64,000 nucleotides of DNA, from the NCBI GenBank assembly GCA_963818525.1, contig CAWFSO010000005.1, forward strand, positions 787,087 to 851,086. The letters run 5' to 3'. The notes under the pieces are model-generated. The model had not been told where the DNA came from. It saw only the letters and a list, made by a program, of their open reading frames with translations, and did not search any database. Position 1 is the stretch's first letter. Each line of letters opens with the position of its first letter. The stretch is from an uncultured Rikenellaceae bacterium. GTDB lineage: Bacteria; Bacteroidota; Bacteroidia; Bacteroidales; VadinHA17. The translations under genes were made by a program, and so were the position numbers. Below are positions 32,211 to 42,126 of this stretch, one piece after another.

Positions 32211-32783
32211 ATGAAATCACTGATTATATCTCTAAAAGCATTCCTTTTTTTTACCGTTATAACCGGTATAATCTATCCACTTTTTGTTACAGGCATTGCA
32301 CAGCTTGTCTTCCCGGCAAAAGCAAACGGAAGTTTAATAATAAAGAACAACAGGATTACAGGCAGCGAACTCATCGGACAAAAGTTTGACAGTGCAAAGT
32401 ATTTTACTTCCCGTCCGTCTTCTATTTCTTATAACCCTTTACCATCAGGGGGTTCCAATTACGGGTTGACCAATTCAAAATTAAAACAACAGGTTGAGGA
32501 AAGAAGGCAACGGTTTATTCAGTTCAATCAGTTGGACAGTGGAATTGCTGTTCCGGCTGAAATGTTGTTTGCCTCAGCCAGCGGCCTCGATCCCCATATT
32601 TCCAAACGGGCTGCTTTATTACAGGTAAACCGGGTTTCTCAAGCGCGGGACTTCAATGATATTCAAAAACAAAAGTTGTCAGATTGCGTGAATCGCTTTA
32701 CTGAAGAACCGCAGTTTCTGCTACTGGGAGAAGAGAGAATCAATGTTTTGTTGCTTAACTTGGAGGTCGATAGAATAAAATGA
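32211..32783 (+). CDS. kdpC: potassium-transporting ATPase subunit KdpC
   Basis: About 190 aa with an N-terminal TM segment and SASGLDPHIS. ATG 32211 is preferred over the TTG at 32205. Confidence 0.9.
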   Translation: MKSLIISLKAFLFFTVITGIIYPLFVTGIAQLVFPAKANGSLIIKNNRITGSELIGQKFDSAKYFTSRPSSISYNPLPSGGSNYGLTNSKLKQQVEERRQRFIQFNQLDSGIAVPAEMLFASASGLDPHISKRAALLQVNRVSQARDFNDIQKQKLSDCVNRFTEEPQFLLLGEERINVLLLNLEVDRIK

Positions 32784-35434
32784 ACACGAGTAATGACAAT
32801 CGCCCAAACCCCGATGAACTCCTGGCTTCTTTGATAAATGAAGAAGAGAAAGGGAAGCGGGGGAAACTTAAAATATTTTTCGGCATGTGCGCCGGAGTGG
32901 GCAAAACTTATACCATGCTTCAGACCGCACTGGCAGAAAAATTCAAAGGCAGTGATATCATTATCGGTTACATAGAAACCCATAACCGGAAAGAAACATC
33001 CGGTTTGGTTGAGGGATTTGAACTGATTCCGCGAAAAACTTACGTTTATAAGTCCACTTCCGTTCAGGAAATGGATTTGGATGCCATCATAGCGCGTAAC
33101 CCGCAAATTGTCCTGGTTGATGAGCTGGCACATACAAATGCTCCCGGCAGCAGGCACGCGAAAAGATACCAGGATGTGCTGGAACTTCTCGAATGCGGGA
33201 TCAATGTATATACAACATTAAACGTACAGCATCTTGAAAGCCGTTCGGAAACGGTGGCTCAGATTACCGGAATAATTGTACGCGAAACGCTGCCTGATGA
33301 GATTTTTGAAAATGCTGATGAAGTCGAATTGATTGACCTCACTCCCGGAGAATTATTACAGCGTCTCGCCGAAGGCAAGGTTTACACACCTGAACGTTCA
33401 AGGGAAGCCGTTGAGAATTTTTTCAGGATGGGTAACATTACCGCACTTCGGGAAATGGCTTTACGTATTGTTGCCGACAGGGTTGATAAACAGTTGCACG
33501 ACTATCTGCAGCATAAGCGCATACGCGGGCCGTGGAAATCAGGGTTGCATTTACTCGTTGCAATAGGAAGCAGTCCTTCCTCCGCACGCCTGTTGCGCTG
33601 GGCAAAAAACCTTTCTTATTCGATGGGTGCCCAGATTCAGGCATTATACGTTGAAACATCCCATAAATTGAATGAAAATGACCGGGCACAGCTCGATAAA
33701 AACATAAATCTCGCAAAGCAATTAGGCATAAAAGTCCGCATAAATACGAACAATGATCTTGTAAAGGCCATTGTCGAATATGCGCAAAAGGAAAATATTA
33801 CCCACATTATTGTTGGGAAACCCCGTGTCCGTAACCTGTATTCAATGTTAAGACTGGGCAACTTTGTCAACGGGCTTATCAGGTACAGCGGCAATATTGA
33901 TGTTTATATCCTTGGCTCCGACACCAATGCTAAGGATAATTTCAAGGAGAGAGCATCCCTGCCGTCATTTACTTCGGGGTTTACGCAATACTTTGTTGTT
34001 AGCATTCTGGTAATCTTATCTTCAATCCTTTGCTATTCAATAAAAGATATTATTGGTTATCAACCTGTCTCCTTTGCTCTGCTGTTTCTTGTTTCGGTTT
34101 TGGCGATTTTCTATGGACCAGGCCCTATATTACTTGCAGCCATATTGAGTGCACTTATCTGGGATATCTTTTTTATTCCTCCTCCGTTTACTTTGCATAT
34201 CGACAAACCGATAGATGTATTAATGTTTATCATGTTCTTTGTTATTGCTCTTTTAAATGGGGTACTTACCTCGCGGGTCAGAGGCCAGGAGAAAAAGATC
34301 CGGATTCGTGAAGAAAGAACCAATGCTTTGTATCAATTAACCAAAGACCTTTCAGTTATATCCGGTCTGCAAGAAGTAACTGAAGTTGCTTCAAAATATA
34401 TTCAAAAGTATTTTAAGCTCGATTGCTTAATTTTTATTAAAAGCGAAACAGGGTCACTTGAGTATCAATCAAGAAACGGTGTGGAAAACGTCTTGTCGGA
34501 GAATGATATGAGTATTGCAAATTGGGTATTTAGAAACTCAGTAAAGGCAGGTAAGAATACTGATACTCTTCCTTCAAGCGACTATGTATTTTTCCCCTTA
34601 ATGGGTAACAGCAGCACGATTGGTGTAATTGCCTATAAACAATCCAGGGTGTTTACCTATGGCGAGGAACAATTCTGGGAGGCCGGCTTATCTCAGATAA
34701 CAGGGAAATATGAACGTGAGATGTTGCGTGAAGCGGCAAAAAGGACTTATGTTGTAGGTGAATCCGAGAAATTGTACAAAACCCTTTTTAATTCATTGTC
34801 GCACGAACTGCGTATCCCGGTGGCTACCATTCTAGGGGCGTCTGACACATTACTCGCACAGGAATACCCTGAAGAGACACGCAGGAATTTATACGCTGAG
34901 ATTAATACAGCATCTTTACGCCTCAACAGACTGATCGAGAATCTTTTGAATATGTCAAGACTTGAGTCGGGTCTTATTACTCCAAGGCTTGATTGGTATG
35001 ATGTTCACGACCTTGCCAACAGTGTTGCAGATTCATTGCAAACCGAATTGAAGCCATTTAAACTTTCAATAGTAATTCCGTCCGAAATGCCAATGGTAAA
35101 GATAGATTTCGGACTCATGGAGCAGGTTTTGCATAACCTTTTGCTAAATGCCACTCAGCATTCACCTGCCGGCAGCCAGATTAGGGTAAAATTCTTTATC
35201 GATAATGGGCTTCTAACCATTCAGGTCATGGACAGGGGGCCTGGTTTTTCTGCGGCCGACCTTCAATCGGTGTTTGACAAGTTCTACCGTGGCAAGGAAG
35301 CAAAAGCAGGAGGGACAGGTCTGGGATTATCCATTGTCAAGGGATTTGTACAGGCACATAAAGGTACAGTGGTCGTTGAAAACCGTCGAAATGGAGGCGC
35401 GTTGTTTACAATTAAGGTTCTGGCAGGAATCTAG
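32780..35434 (+). CDS. kdpD: sensor histidine kinase KdpD (KdpD N-domain, Usp, TM, GAF-like, HisKA, HATPase)
   Basis: 884 aa. N-terminal GKLKIFFGMCAGVGKTYTML, H-box SHELRIPVATI, G-box GTGLGLSIVKG. ATGA overlap with kdpC. There is no adjacent kdpE. Confidence 0.9.
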   Translation: MNTSNDNRPNPDELLASLINEEEKGKRGKLKIFFGMCAGVGKTYTMLQTALAEKFKGSDIIIGYIETHNRKETSGLVEGFELIPRKTYVYKSTSVQEMDLDAIIARNPQIVLVDELAHTNAPGSRHAKRYQDVLELLECGINVYTTLNVQHLESRSETVAQITGIIVRETLPDEIFENADEVELIDLTPGELLQRLAEGKVYTPERSREAVENFFRMGNITALREMALRIVADRVDKQLHDYLQHKRIRGPWKSGLHLLVAIGSSPSSARLLRWAKNLSYSMGAQIQALYVETSHKLNENDRAQLDKNINLAKQLGIKVRINTNNDLVKAIVEYAQKENITHIIVGKPRVRNLYSMLRLGNFVNGLIRYSGNIDVYILGSDTNAKDNFKERASLPSFTSGFTQYFVVSILVILSSILCYSIKDIIGYQPVSFALLFLVSVLAIFYGPGPILLAAILSALIWDIFFIPPPFTLHIDKPIDVLMFIMFFVIALLNGVLTSRVRGQEKKIRIREERTNALYQLTKDLSVISGLQEVTEVASKYIQKYFKLDCLIFIKSETGSLEYQSRNGVENVLSENDMSIANWVFRNSVKAGKNTDTLPSSDYVFFPLMGNSSTIGVIAYKQSRVFTYGEEQFWEAGLSQITGKYEREMLREAAKRTYVVGESEKLYKTLFNSLSHELRIPVATILGASDTLLAQEYPEETRRNLYAEINTASLRLNRLIENLLNMSRLESGLITPRLDWYDVHDLANSVADSLQTELKPFKLSIVIPSEMPMVKIDFGLMEQVLHNLLLNATQHSPAGSQIRVKFFIDNGLLTIQVMDRGPGFSAADLQSVFDKFYRGKEAKAGGTGLGLSIVKGFVQAHKGTVVVENRRNGGALFTIKVLAGI

Positions 35435-35474
35435 GATATTAATACCTTATCCAGTACACCGGACTAGATTTTGG

Positions 35475-35831
35475 CTACTCGTATAGATCAGGAATGGCTG
35501 TCTTGCCGTAGTCCCAGTACAAAACGGAGGTATCACCCTCCATCTGCCTGTAATATGCAGGTGTAACCACCGTACCGTCCGGTTTCAGAAGGGACCTTTC
35601 ATAGATGGCATAGGCAGGATTGAACAGAATGTCAGTTACCCCTAGGGTATAGCTGGTTTCGGTTGAACCTTCCGCAGGAACATCCTCTTTAACCCTGACC
35701 TCTAACTTATTGTCAGTCAGTAAGGAACGGAGAAATTCCATTCGCCTTTTGGATATGCCGCTCTCGACAATGGTACAACGGATGCCATCTATCTCTCCGA
35801 CCTGATGTTTTGCACTTGTAAGGGGTGTCAT
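35475..35831 (-). CDS. hypothetical protein co-oriented with nuoN and 11 nt downstream of it
   Basis: 118-aa ORF with no motif I recognise and no TM segment. The short gap to nuoN suggests co-transcription. Confidence 0.5.
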   Translation of the reverse strand: MTPLTSAKHQVGEIDGIRCTIVESGISKRRMEFLRSLLTDNKLEVRVKEDVPAEGSTETSYTLGVTDILFNPAYAIYERSLLKPDGTVVTPAYYRQMEGDTSVLYWDYGKTAIPDLYE

Positions 35832-35842
35832 ACTGGTTAGGA

Positions 35843-37264
35843 TTAAATACCGTAACTTAGATTTCTTATCATCTCAAAGAGGCCGCTGGCAAAACCGGTG
35901 ATCACTATGCCTGCTATGCAAATGGCGAGTCCGAGTTTTGCAAAGAAATCGCTTTTGAATGCCGGTATGGGACTCTCGCTTTTGTTGATGAACATTGCCT
36001 TTACCACAAGCAGGTAATAGTACAATGCCACGATAGTATTCAATACTGCTATTCCCACCAGGACATAGAACCCTTTTTCAGCGGCGGCGGCAAACAGGAA
36101 GAATTTGCCGAAGAAACCTGCCACAGGAGGGATGCCTGCAAGCGAGAACAACGCAAGCATCATCGTCAGGCTCAGCTTCGGATTGGTTTTATACAGGCCG
36201 TCGTAGTCGTCCATGCTTTCTTTCCCGGTTTTTTCAGCAATGACTGCAACTATTCCGAAGGCTGCAAGGTTTGTGAATATATAGATCAGTGCATAGTAAA
36301 TCACGGTAGTCATGCCCAGCTTGTTGCCTCCGATGAATCCAAGAAGAAAGAATCCGGCCTGGGCTATTGATGAAAAGGCCAGGAACCGCTTCATATTCTT
36401 CTGCCTGAGTGCAAACAGGTTCCCGATAGTGATGGTCATAACGGCAATCACCCATATGATCCTTTCCCAAGTGTCAATGATAACAGGAAAGACAGTGAAG
36501 AGAATTATGATAAAGATGAAGGCAGCTGCGCCTTTGCTGATCACAGACAGGAAGGATGAGATGTTAACCGGGGCACCTTCGTAAACGTCGGCAGTCCAGA
36601 GATGGAACGGGACGAGTGACATTTTAAAGGCCATCCCGGAGAAGAAGAAAATGAATCCCAGAAGGGTGAGAGGCACCGATGCAACCCTGGAAGCAACCTC
36701 GGGAAAATATAATGATCCGGTTGTACCGTAGATCATTGAAAGGCCGAAGAGCAGGATTCCTGATGAGAGGGCTGAAGAAAGGATGAGCTTAATACCGGCT
36801 TCGGCCGACCGGTTCTGGTACCTTTCAAAAGCGGCCAGTGCGGCAAGAGGAATGGTGGCCAGTTCGAGGCCTATGTAGAACATCAGGAAATGGCCCGCGG
36901 AAATCATGAAATTCATTCCTATAAGGGTGGATATCAGAAGCAGGAAGTATTCATGGATTTTGTCCCTGTTTTCCGGTCTCCCGAGCCATGCATATGATTG
37001 CATCAGGACAATGAGAGTTCCTATGTTCAGGATATTCTTCATCAAAGTGGTTGTGCCTCCGGCCTGGTACATCCCGCCGAAAAGGGTTCCCTCCGGAGCC
37101 GGGAGCATACCAATTGCGGTGACAAGGGCAAAAAGAACTATCCCGAAACTCCTGAACTTCTCCTTTTTATTTTCATTGGTGAAGACCTCTGCTATAAGGA
37201 TTGTCAGGAAGGCCAGGGTCAGAACCAGCTCGTGGCGCATCATCAAAAAGTTTTCAGGACTCAT
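35843..37264 (-). CDS. nuoN: NADH-quinone oxidoreductase subunit N
   Basis: 473-aa polytopic antiporter-like subunit, last gene in the nuo order. Confidence 0.9.
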   Translation of the reverse strand: MSPENFLMMRHELVLTLAFLTILIAEVFTNENKKEKFRSFGIVLFALVTAIGMLPAPEGTLFGGMYQAGGTTTLMKNILNIGTLIVLMQSYAWLGRPENRDKIHEYFLLLISTLIGMNFMISAGHFLMFYIGLELATIPLAALAAFERYQNRSAEAGIKLILSSALSSGILLFGLSMIYGTTGSLYFPEVASRVASVPLTLLGFIFFFSGMAFKMSLVPFHLWTADVYEGAPVNISSFLSVISKGAAAFIFIIILFTVFPVIIDTWERIIWVIAVMTITIGNLFALRQKNMKRFLAFSSIAQAGFFLLGFIGGNKLGMTTVIYYALIYIFTNLAAFGIVAVIAEKTGKESMDDYDGLYKTNPKLSLTMMLALFSLAGIPPVAGFFGKFFLFAAAAEKGFYVLVGIAVLNTIVALYYYLLVVKAMFINKSESPIPAFKSDFFAKLGLAICIAGIVITGFASGLFEMIRNLSYGI

Positions 37265-37303
37265 TATGCCGGCAGATTAATTGTTTTCCATTGAGACATT
37301 ATT

Positions 37304-38800
37304 TTACATCAGTTTATTCACGATTGGCATGATGCTTTCCCTTATTATGCCCGAAAGCCCTGATGGCAGCATGCCTATGTAAACAATGCTGGTTATAAGC
37401 GCAACCAGTGTAATTTTTTCGTACCATCTGGCATCATTGAACTCAGCGTAATGAGGATCTCTGACCGGCCCCAGAAGCAGTATGGCAATAACCCTCAGGA
37501 TATAAACAGCGGTGATTACGATTGAGGTTACTGCAATGATGGTAGCTACTCTGTGAAAAGTATCCGGATGTTCAAACGCACCAAAGAAGATATTCATCTC
37601 AGCCACGAATCCGCTGAGTCCGGGAAGGCCAAGAGACGCAAGCCCGGCGATGACGTATGCCACTCCGAGGAACGGGATGACTTTCATAAGGCCTCCCATC
37701 TCGCTTATGATTCTCGTATGTGTCCTGCCATAGATCATGCCTATAAGTGCAAAGAAAAGGGCTGTCATCAAGCCGTGCGAGACCATCTGGATAATCGCAC
37801 CGGTCATGGCTGTCTGGTTCATCATGAGTATTGCAAAAAGCACCAGGCCGCAGTGGCTCACTGATGAGTATGCATTGATGTACTTCAGGTCCTTCTGGAC
37901 TATAGCGCCAAAAGCGCCGTAGACTACACTTATTGTTGTCAGGATAATAAAGATCCACGCCATTTCATTCGCTGCTTCAGGCATGAGGAACATTGCCACC
38001 CTGAAGCAACCGTAGCCTCCGAGTTTCATAAGTACGCCGGCATGAAGCATTGAAACTGCGGTGGGGGCGGATGAGTGTCCGTCAGGAGACCAGGTATGCA
38101 ACGGGAACAGGGCCCCGAGGACACCAAAACCAACGAAGGTAAGCGGGAAGAACCATCTCTGGGCCTCTATGGGGATTGTGATTTTGGAGATCTCCAGTAT
38201 ATTGAATGTGAGTTCACCTCCGTCAGGAGCAGAGTTGAAATAAATGCCGAATAGCCCTATCATAAGCAGTGCTGAACCTCCCATAAGCATCAGGGTCAGC
38301 TTCATAGCAGCATATTCCTTCGGCCCGCTGCCCCAGATACCTATAAGGAGGTACATCGGTATCACAGCAAGCTCATAAAAGAGGAACATTGTGAAAAGAT
38401 CGAGTGAGATGAAAAACCCGAACACACCTGTAGCCAGGAGGATCAGCGAGATAAAGAATTCCTTCTTCAGGTCCTCCATCTCCCATGATGCGAACACTCC
38501 GGCAACTACCACTATCGAGGTGAGAGCTATCATTGCCACGGAGATCCCGTCAACCCCGACGGTATAGTAGATGTTGAGACTTTTGAACCACTCGAAGCTG
38601 CTCACCATGAGCATCTCGTCAGTGTTGCCGTTCCGGCGCTCCGTGAGATACAGGTAGACAATTACGAAAGAGACAATAAGCTGAATACCCATACCTATTG
38701 CAGATATGAGTCTGGCTTTCTGTGCATCCTTTGCTGCCAGGATACCTGTGATTGTCAGAAGCGGGATTATTACGAGTAAGGATAAAATATTCATATTCAA
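37304..38800 (-). CDS. nuoM: NADH-quinone oxidoreductase subunit M
   Basis: 498-aa antiporter-like subunit (HTWSPDGHSSAPTAVSMLHAGVLMKLGGYG). Confidence 0.9.
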   Translation of the reverse strand: MNMNILSLLVIIPLLTITGILAAKDAQKARLISAIGMGIQLIVSFVIVYLYLTERRNGNTDEMLMVSSFEWFKSLNIYYTVGVDGISVAMIALTSIVVVAGVFASWEMEDLKKEFFISLILLATGVFGFFISLDLFTMFLFYELAVIPMYLLIGIWGSGPKEYAAMKLTLMLMGGSALLMIGLFGIYFNSAPDGGELTFNILEISKITIPIEAQRWFFPLTFVGFGVLGALFPLHTWSPDGHSSAPTAVSMLHAGVLMKLGGYGCFRVAMFLMPEAANEMAWIFIILTTISVVYGAFGAIVQKDLKYINAYSSVSHCGLVLFAILMMNQTAMTGAIIQMVSHGLMTALFFALIGMIYGRTHTRIISEMGGLMKVIPFLGVAYVIAGLASLGLPGLSGFVAEMNIFFGAFEHPDTFHRVATIIAVTSIVITAVYILRVIAILLLGPVRDPHYAEFNDARWYEKITLVALITSIVYIGMLPSGLSGIIRESIMPIVNKLM

Positions 38801-38819
38801 TTATTTCGCTTAAGAAAGA

Positions 38820-40739
38820 TTATTTTATCAGGTATATAAAAATCAGCACCAGTCCTACAGCTCCGGATACAAAAATAAACCCGTACATCTGCAACTGACC
38901 CGACTGAAGGCCTTTGATTCGCTCAGAGACTGTCTGTGTCACCCATGCAATACCGTTCATCGTCCCGTCAACGACATGCCTGTCAAACCACGCAACCGGC
39001 TGTGATATACGTTTAAAAATTACCTTCCAGGTGATAAACATGTACACCTCGTCTATGTAAAACTTGTTGTATGCCCATCTGTAGCTGTTCTTGAATGTCG
39101 AGGCAAGCCTGTCCGGCAGAGAAGTTTCTTTCCTGTACATGACCCAGGCCACCGAAATTCCGACCAGTGCAATAAATATTGACGGTATGCCAACGCTCCA
39201 TTCAATGTGTGACTCAAACGGTGCACCGTCGGAAGTCACCAGGCTGCTGAATGGAAGAAAGCCTGAGAAAACAGAACCGAAAGCCAGTATTATGAGGGGG
39301 ATAGTCATGGTTAACGGAGATTCATGCGGGGTGTGCTCATAATGCCTGTCATGCCCGTGGAATATTGAGAAATAGAGCCTGAACATGTAGAATGCGGTGA
39401 GACCGGCAACAACATACTCGATGGCAAACAGCACCTTGTCATGGTGAAATGCTGCTGTGAGTATTTCATCCTTGCTGAAGAAGCCGGAGAGCGGCGGAAG
39501 TCCTGCTATGGTGAGGCAGGCGATCAGGAAGGTGATGTTTGTTATCGGAAGGTGCTTTCTTAATCCGCCCATTTCAGTCATGTAATTGCTGTGAACGGCA
39601 TGAATGACTGAGCCGGCGCCGAGGAAAAGCAGGGCCTTGAACATTGCATGATTGAACAGATGCCAGTTGGAGGCCATGTAGCCCAGCCCGTCGTGACCGC
39701 CATAACCTGAGACACCCAGGCTGAAGATCATATAGCCAATCTGTGAAATGGTGGAGTAGGCGAGAACCCTCTTGATATCTGTTTGTGTGGTTGCTATCAC
39801 AGCAGCAAACAGTGAAGAGAAGGCCCCCACCCATGCAATGATATGCAGCGCCTCGGGAGCCGCAAAATAATAAACAGGGAACATCCTGGCAACAAGATAA
39901 ACGCCTGCCACAACCATCGTTGCCGCATGTATGAGCGCTGACACCGGGGTTGGGCCCTCCATGGCATCAGGAAGCCAGATGTGCAGGGGGAACATGGCTG
40001 ACTTGCCTGCTCCGCCGATGAAAATAAGTATCATTGACCATGTCATGACTGACATCCCGAGAAATACGGCTCCTCCGGTACTGGTGATTGCCGGTCCGTT
40101 AAGATCGGTAAGGGTCACAAAATCAAATGTCTTTGTGGTGAATGAGAGGATCAGGATCCCTATCAGGAATCCCATATCCGCAAACCTGGTGACAATGAAT
40201 GCTTTTTTGGAGGCGGCAACGGCACTCGGCCTGGTGTAGTAAAATCCAATAAGGAGATAGGATGAAATACCGACCAGTTCCCAGAAAATATACATCTGGA
40301 AGATGTTTGTCGCCACAACGAGGCCCATCATTGAAAAGGTGAACAGTGAAAGAAAGGCATAATACCGCTCAAAACCCTTCTCTCCCTTCATGTATCCCAG
40401 GCTGTAAATATGAACCATCAATGAAACAGTGCTGATCACCACAAGCATCATTACCGAGATGGGGTCAAGGAGGATACCCATATCAATGTGGAGGCGGTCT
40501 GTAAGTGTAAGCCATGTGCTGTTGGAGGCAATAATCTTCTGATAGACTCCGTCAACAAGACCTGCCCCCCAGAAATACCTTACGGCTGTGGCATATGACA
40601 GGAGAGTGACAACTGCCAGTCCTGCAGTACCTGTCAATCCTGAAATACGCGCCTTTAGTTTCATCCCGAAAAAGCCAAGAACAAAAAAGGTGACGAAGGG
40701 GATGATAAGGATCCAAACTGTATAACCAAAATCTGCCAT
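38820..40739 (-). CDS. nuoL: NADH-quinone oxidoreductase subunit L
   Basis: 639-aa antiporter-like subunit (HIWLPDAMEGPTPVSALIHAATMVVAGVYL) with a C-terminal extension. Confidence 0.9.
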   Translation of the reverse strand: MADFGYTVWILIIPFVTFFVLGFFGMKLKARISGLTGTAGLAVVTLLSYATAVRYFWGAGLVDGVYQKIIASNSTWLTLTDRLHIDMGILLDPISVMMLVVISTVSLMVHIYSLGYMKGEKGFERYYAFLSLFTFSMMGLVVATNIFQMYIFWELVGISSYLLIGFYYTRPSAVAASKKAFIVTRFADMGFLIGILILSFTTKTFDFVTLTDLNGPAITSTGGAVFLGMSVMTWSMILIFIGGAGKSAMFPLHIWLPDAMEGPTPVSALIHAATMVVAGVYLVARMFPVYYFAAPEALHIIAWVGAFSSLFAAVIATTQTDIKRVLAYSTISQIGYMIFSLGVSGYGGHDGLGYMASNWHLFNHAMFKALLFLGAGSVIHAVHSNYMTEMGGLRKHLPITNITFLIACLTIAGLPPLSGFFSKDEILTAAFHHDKVLFAIEYVVAGLTAFYMFRLYFSIFHGHDRHYEHTPHESPLTMTIPLIILAFGSVFSGFLPFSSLVTSDGAPFESHIEWSVGIPSIFIALVGISVAWVMYRKETSLPDRLASTFKNSYRWAYNKFYIDEVYMFITWKVIFKRISQPVAWFDRHVVDGTMNGIAWVTQTVSERIKGLQSGQLQMYGFIFVSGAVGLVLIFIYLIK

Positions 40740-40754
40740 TTCTGCTCTGCTTTA

Positions 40755-41072
40755 TCAGTATTTCAACTCGTTTACATTTTCAACATTGATGTTTGAGAAC
40801 CTCCTGTAAATGCTGATGATAATTGCAATTGCCACGGCTGCTTCCGAGGCGGCAACAGCTATTACAAAGAGGCTGAAAAAATGCCCGTCAAGGTTACCTG
40901 GAAACAGGTATCTGTTGAAGGCCAGAAAATTGATATTTACTGAGTTAAGTATCAGCTCGCTTGACATCAGGATGGTAATCAGGTTTCTTCTGGTTATAAA
41001 GCCGTAAATTCCGGTAAAGAACATTATTGTCGCAATGACGATGTAATATTCCACTGGTATGCCTGAGTTCAT
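40755..41072 (-). CDS. nuoK: NADH-quinone oxidoreductase subunit K
   Basis: 105 aa, 3 TM segments, consistent position in the operon. Confidence 0.9.
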   Translation of the reverse strand: MNSGIPVEYYIVIATIMFFTGIYGFITRRNLITILMSSELILNSVNINFLAFNRYLFPGNLDGHFFSLFVIAVAASEAAVAIAIIISIYRRFSNINVENVNELKY

Positions 41073-41084
41073 TATTTCTTCAGT

Positions 41085-41618
41085 TTACTTGTTTTTTTCT
41101 TCTTCTTTGACAGGACTGCCCTTTTTGGCAATTACTATCGCACCAATCATTGCAGCAACCAGCAGCACGGAGATGACTTCAAACGGAAGTACATAACCGT
41201 CAGCCCCGGTGCCAAGCAGACTCTTGCCGATCACATCCATATTTACCTCGAGGGCGGCAGCAGTGTCAGCAGAAAAAGTATGCTTCAGGACAGTGGCGAT
41301 GACTACAATAGCTCCCGCAATGACCCCGAGAGCGGAGAAGAGTGCCTTTTTCCAGTCAAGAGTTTCAAACTTATGGCTTATCTGACTGGTGAGGAGGATA
41401 GAGAATATGATCAGGACCACAATACCTCCTGCATACAGGGTTAGCTGAACAGCTGCCAGGAACTGGTAATTAAGCAGGAAATAGAGCCCTGCAGTTGCTA
41501 TCAGGACAAAGAGCAGGGATACTGCAGCACGCAGGATCCTGCGGCTCGTGACCGTCAGCACGGAGAAGACAATGATCACAACTGCAAAAATTAAGAACAT
41601 TATATCTCTGCCTTCCAT
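41085..41618 (-). CDS. nuoJ: NADH-quinone oxidoreductase subunit J
   Basis: About 177 aa, membrane protein. The ATG at 41618 overlaps the nuoI stop by 1 nt (TGATG). Confidence 0.85.
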   Translation of the reverse strand: MEGRDIMFLIFAVVIIVFSVLTVTSRRILRAAVSLLFVLIATAGLYFLLNYQFLAAVQLTLYAGGIVVLIIFSILLTSQISHKFETLDWKKALFSALGVIAGAIVVIATVLKHTFSADTAAALEVNMDVIGKSLLGTGADGYVLPFEVISVLLVAAMIGAIVIAKKGSPVKEEEKNK

Positions 41619-42097
41619 CACGCTACTCCTTTCATTAGTTTAGACCCGGGCCGGTTAAGTACCTTGTTGAGTTTTTTGCGGTCAAATACAGCATGTTCAA
41701 AATCCTGACTGAACGCAAGTGCCTGTGATGGACAGGTTTTGACGCACAGGCCGCAGAATGTGCACATCCCGAGATGATAAATATGCTTGTCGATAATTCT
41801 CTGCTTCTTCCCTTCTTCATTGACTATCGAGGCTGAAATGACTTCGATGGAGCCATTTGGACAGTTGATCTCACAGATGCCGCAACCGGTACATTTATGC
41901 TCATTCATTTCACTGTGAGGCATGATCACCTCGCCCTTGAACATGTCAAACATCTTCAGCTCCTTCCGGTTATTGGGATACTGCTGGGTCCATGTGGTGC
42001 CCGGCTTGAAGAAGTATTTGCCAGTGACGCTTAGACCCTTCAGGAGGGTGATCAGTCCGTCAAAGATGCTCTTGAAATATCCGATAAAACTTTTCAT
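41618..42097 (-). CDS. nuoI: NADH-quinone oxidoreductase subunit I
   Basis: Two 4Fe-4S motifs, CTGCGICEINCP and CTFCGLCVKTCP. The start is taken at MKSFIGYFK (42097); the ORF-track start at 42139 would overlap nuoH. Confidence 0.9.
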   Translation of the reverse strand: MKSFIGYFKSIFDGLITLLKGLSVTGKYFFKPGTTWTQQYPNNRKELKMFDMFKGEVIMPHSEMNEHKCTGCGICEINCPNGSIEVISASIVNEEGKKQRIIDKHIYHLGMCTFCGLCVKTCPSQALAFSQDFEHAVFDRKKLNKVLNRPGSKLMKGVA

Positions 42098-42126
42098 TAA
42101 CTTTCTTTCAGTATTTTTTTCTGTTC

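Noticed and set aside
28036-35470. Calling the tRNA-Arg-adjacent kdp block a mobile genomic island
   Set aside because: No integrase, transposase or direct repeat of the tRNA 3' end is visible. Only compositional evidence exists, so it is reported as a finding and not as a mobile_element feature.
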